A DNA stretch of 63,057 nt, counting the filler, from Ferroacidibacillus organovorans (lineage in GTDB: Bacteria; Bacillota; Bacilli; Alicyclobacillales; SLC66), in the NCBI RefSeq assembly GCF_001642725.1. It is 3 parts of 3 records of this genome, joined end to end, with 100 filler letters (N's around TTAATTAATTAA, not from the genome) between each part and the next. Parts side by side here need not be neighbours in the genome. Positions count along the whole stretch, not along the records: positions 51,236 to 63,057 come from NZ_LSUQ01000068.1; 2 more parts are not named here. The stretch is one strand, 5' to 3'. The notes below the pieces were generated by a model. The model searched no databases, was not told where the DNA came from, and saw only the letters and a list, made by a program, of their open reading frames with translations. Below, one piece after another: positions 60,808-63,057 of the stretch. How positions within the stretch are numbered: the stretch's first letter is position 1; the number at the start of each line of letters is the position of its first letter. The position numbers and the translations under genes are program-made.

Positions 60808-62037
60808 TTGGAACAGCTGTCAACCAAAATCCAAAAAAACGTAACGATAATCACAACATTAGTAAGTGAAGACGTATGGAGTGTTGCACGGGACAATTAT
60901 GAAAGGGGTAGCTACACAAATTCGATAACTAACTCACTGCAGTACGTTAATGAGATTGTGCGAGAAAAAAGCGGTCTAAGTCTGGACAACACCAAACTGA
61001 TGGATGAAGCGTTTCTGGGCCAGAGTCCTAAATTGAAAATCAATAAATTACAAACGCAGACCGAAAAGGATATTCAAGCAGGGGTCGGCTATCTGTTAAA
61101 AGGACTATGTCTAGCTGTACGTAATCCCCGAGCACACGAAAGGTACAATGATAACAAGGAAGTCGCCGATACGATTATACAATTTGTCAGCTATGTTCTC
61201 GATTTTGTTCGTAATTCGAAACAACCATCACTAGTAGAAGACTGGCTAGAGTTTGTCTTTGATGAGAATTTCAACAATTCCAAGGAGTACTCCAAAATTG
61301 TTCTTCAGGAAATCCCTGAAAAGAAGAAATATGAATTGCTGGTGAATATCTTTAGATTCAGGGAGAGGGCTAGAGAGAACCAATTGAACAATCTCATCAA
61401 TGAACTTATGGAAAGTATCACATCGGATGAATGCGATGAATTTATTTACAACTTGAATAAAGAGTTGCTTCAGTGTGCCGACAACACTGAATTAAGGATG
61501 TTTCTAAGTATCTATCCACCCGAGAAGTGGAGTTTGCTAGTGCCAATTACGAGGTTGAAAATCGAACACATGGTCAAAAAGTCGCTTGAACAAGCGAAAA
61601 TGGTTGGTCAATATGCTGATCCGTTTGATAATGACTCATGGGAATATCACTGTAATCAGCAAGGTGTTTTATCGACTTTCGGCACAAATTCTGTTACCTA
61701 CTTTGAAACAAAGGAAGAAATATTAACAATACTTGGACACAAATTGTCCGACGAAGATCCTGACATCCGAAGTTTCGTTATTGAACATTATCAACGTGTT
61801 GTATTCGGTAGTGAATCAACAAAAAACTTGGCGTTGATATACGGAATAAAGAGGTCTCTTTCCTACCACGACCGAAATACATTTGAACATTTTAAATTTT
61901 TAATTGATGCGATTGGTGATCACGAGACAAGAGCTGTATTCGGCAATGAAGTTGCATCCACCCAACAATATTTTGACAACCAAGAAACAGAAAGTGAGAA
62001 GCCTCACAAGGATTCGGAGGATGAATTGCCCTTCTGA
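60808..62037 (+). CDS. TIGR02391 (Ymh) domain protein
   Basis: VREKSGL...LMDEAF...TEKDIQAG...RNPRAHE; GAGGAG RBS and TTG start. Confidence 0.82.
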   Translation: MEQLSTKIQKNVTIITTLVSEDVWSVARDNYERGSYTNSITNSLQYVNEIVREKSGLSLDNTKLMDEAFLGQSPKLKINKLQTQTEKDIQAGVGYLLKGLCLAVRNPRAHERYNDNKEVADTIIQFVSYVLDFVRNSKQPSLVEDWLEFVFDENFNNSKEYSKIVLQEIPEKKKYELLVNIFRFRERARENQLNNLINELMESITSDECDEFIYNLNKELLQCADNTELRMFLSIYPPEKWSLLVPITRLKIEHMVKKSLEQAKMVGQYADPFDNDSWEYHCNQQGVLSTFGTNSVTYFETKEEILTILGHKLSDEDPDIRSFVIEHYQRVVFGSESTKNLALIYGIKRSLSYHDRNTFEHFKFLIDAIGDHETRAVFGNEVASTQQYFDNQETESEKPHKDSEDELPF

Positions 62038-62327
62038 TATCCCTGCGCACTCCTTCTTTCGCAACTGAAAGCGGCTTAACCGGTCTACTTAGCCAATATT
62101 GATGCTCAAAGAAATTCACCGTGGCTAATTGTCACGATTCAAATCCATTTGTGCATTCGAAGGCATCGCTTTACCCGAGTCATATGCACTGCAAATAGTC
62201 GTTTTACAGATTTCCCTTCTATTTTGATTGAATTTCGCATGCAAGCTTTAAATGTTTGTAGAGAAGATACTTTTTAAGCTGAAGGATGTGAACAAAAGTA
62301 AATATATTGAATTAATCTTTGCTAATC

Positions 62328-62346
62328 TCTCATCTGGAGTAGTTTA
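62328..62346. repeat. 19-bp direct repeat, copy 2
   Basis: TCTCATCTGGAGTAGTTTA, identical to 53283-53301. Confidence 0.85.
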
Positions 62347-62988
62347 CCTCATCTTTGACAGTACCCCAGTCACGACGCGGGTTTGTAGGCCCTATTTTGC
62401 CCTACAACACAAAAAGCCCCGTTCTCACAGGGCTACGTTCGCTTGATCGGATCTTATTTTGCTTCGGCTTTGATATCGCGAAGATGGATCGTCTTTGCGG
62501 GGAGTGGGATTTGCAGCATCTTGAGAACTTCGGCCAATCGTTCTGACGCCGGGGGAACGCTCAGGAATTCTTTCCCCAGAAACTCCGCCCTCAGCACATG
62601 CCATCGCCTTAGTTCCTTGACGATCCATTCCCCGGTGTAGTGACGATCCTCTAGATCCTTTTGTCGGATCGCGCGTTCCTCTTCATCGGATACCCGTTGC
62701 ACCTCTTGTACTTGTTGATCCCACGCACGTCGGTACATTACTTGCATCTCTTGCTCAAACAGATAGGCCAGCACGCAAATGAAAATGTGACCGCGTACCC
62801 GTTTCTCATTCCAGTGGTACATTGGCCCGACATCCAGAAAATTCTTGATCTCCCGAAACGCCCGCTCAACGTTCATGAGCGTCTTGTACGAGGTGACCAC
62901 CTCTCCTGCAGGAAGCGTCGTGTTGGTCTTGATCACGAACTTACCGTCACGAAGCGATTCTTTCAACAGCGCGACTTCGTTTCGCGTA
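62347..62988 (-). mobile_element. IS1634-family element, 3' part (transposase C-terminus 62454 to about 62988)
   Basis: DGKFVIKTN, YKTLMNVERAFREIK (YREK) and YHW...RVRGHIFICVLAY; candidate terminus CTGTCAAAGATGAGG. Confidence 0.8.
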
Positions 62989-63057
62989 TGTGTTTGATAA
63001 CTTAATAGTTGACCACGTGGGCGTTCTTTGACAACTGAAAAGTTGACCACCCCAAAA
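62989..63057. mobile_element. Probable IS21-family terminus inserted in the IS1634 transposase
   Basis: Begins with TG; two 26-bp tandem repeats (62991-63016, 63025-63050; 22/26 identical); the sequence ends here. Confidence 0.55.

Overview
This window is three separate contigs joined by artificial 100-nt linkers (N44-TTAATTAATTAA-N44 at 25740-25839 and 51136-51235), so adjacency across the gaps means nothing. The host is an endospore-forming member of the Bacilli; the gene order looks Alicyclobacillaceae/Paenibacillaceae-like, which is inference. Contig 1 (1-25739) is accessory metabolism: a ROK-regulated locus with a sulfatase, AGE epimerase and sulfonate-type ABC transporter; a nonsense-split secreted beta-propeller; tlp, an SDR and xth; an amino-sugar ABC/nagA/acetamidase locus; a D-cysteine desulfhydrase-permease-racemase operon; and peptide ABC permeases. 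Contig 2 (25840-51135) is core genome from rpmB to trmD. It also holds two tandem small membrane-peptide genes, a CsfG-like sigma-F sRNA, and an rRNA promoter and leader at its end. Contig 3 (51236-63057) is a mobile defence island with a large serine recombinase, Phd-PIN toxin-antitoxin pair, Hachiman-like nuclease plus helicase, DUF2321, PD-(D/E)XK and TIGR02391 genes, and nested IS ends. The most striking signal is not on the ORF track: a 5' fragment of yyaL (DUF255) whose GYS-TCHW motif is split by a 52-nt insert (UAG inside a UUCG-capped stem-loop) resembling the T4 gene 60 ribosomal-bypass gap. The fragment is then cut next to a 19-bp sequence that recurs 9 kb away, bracketing the defence cargo.
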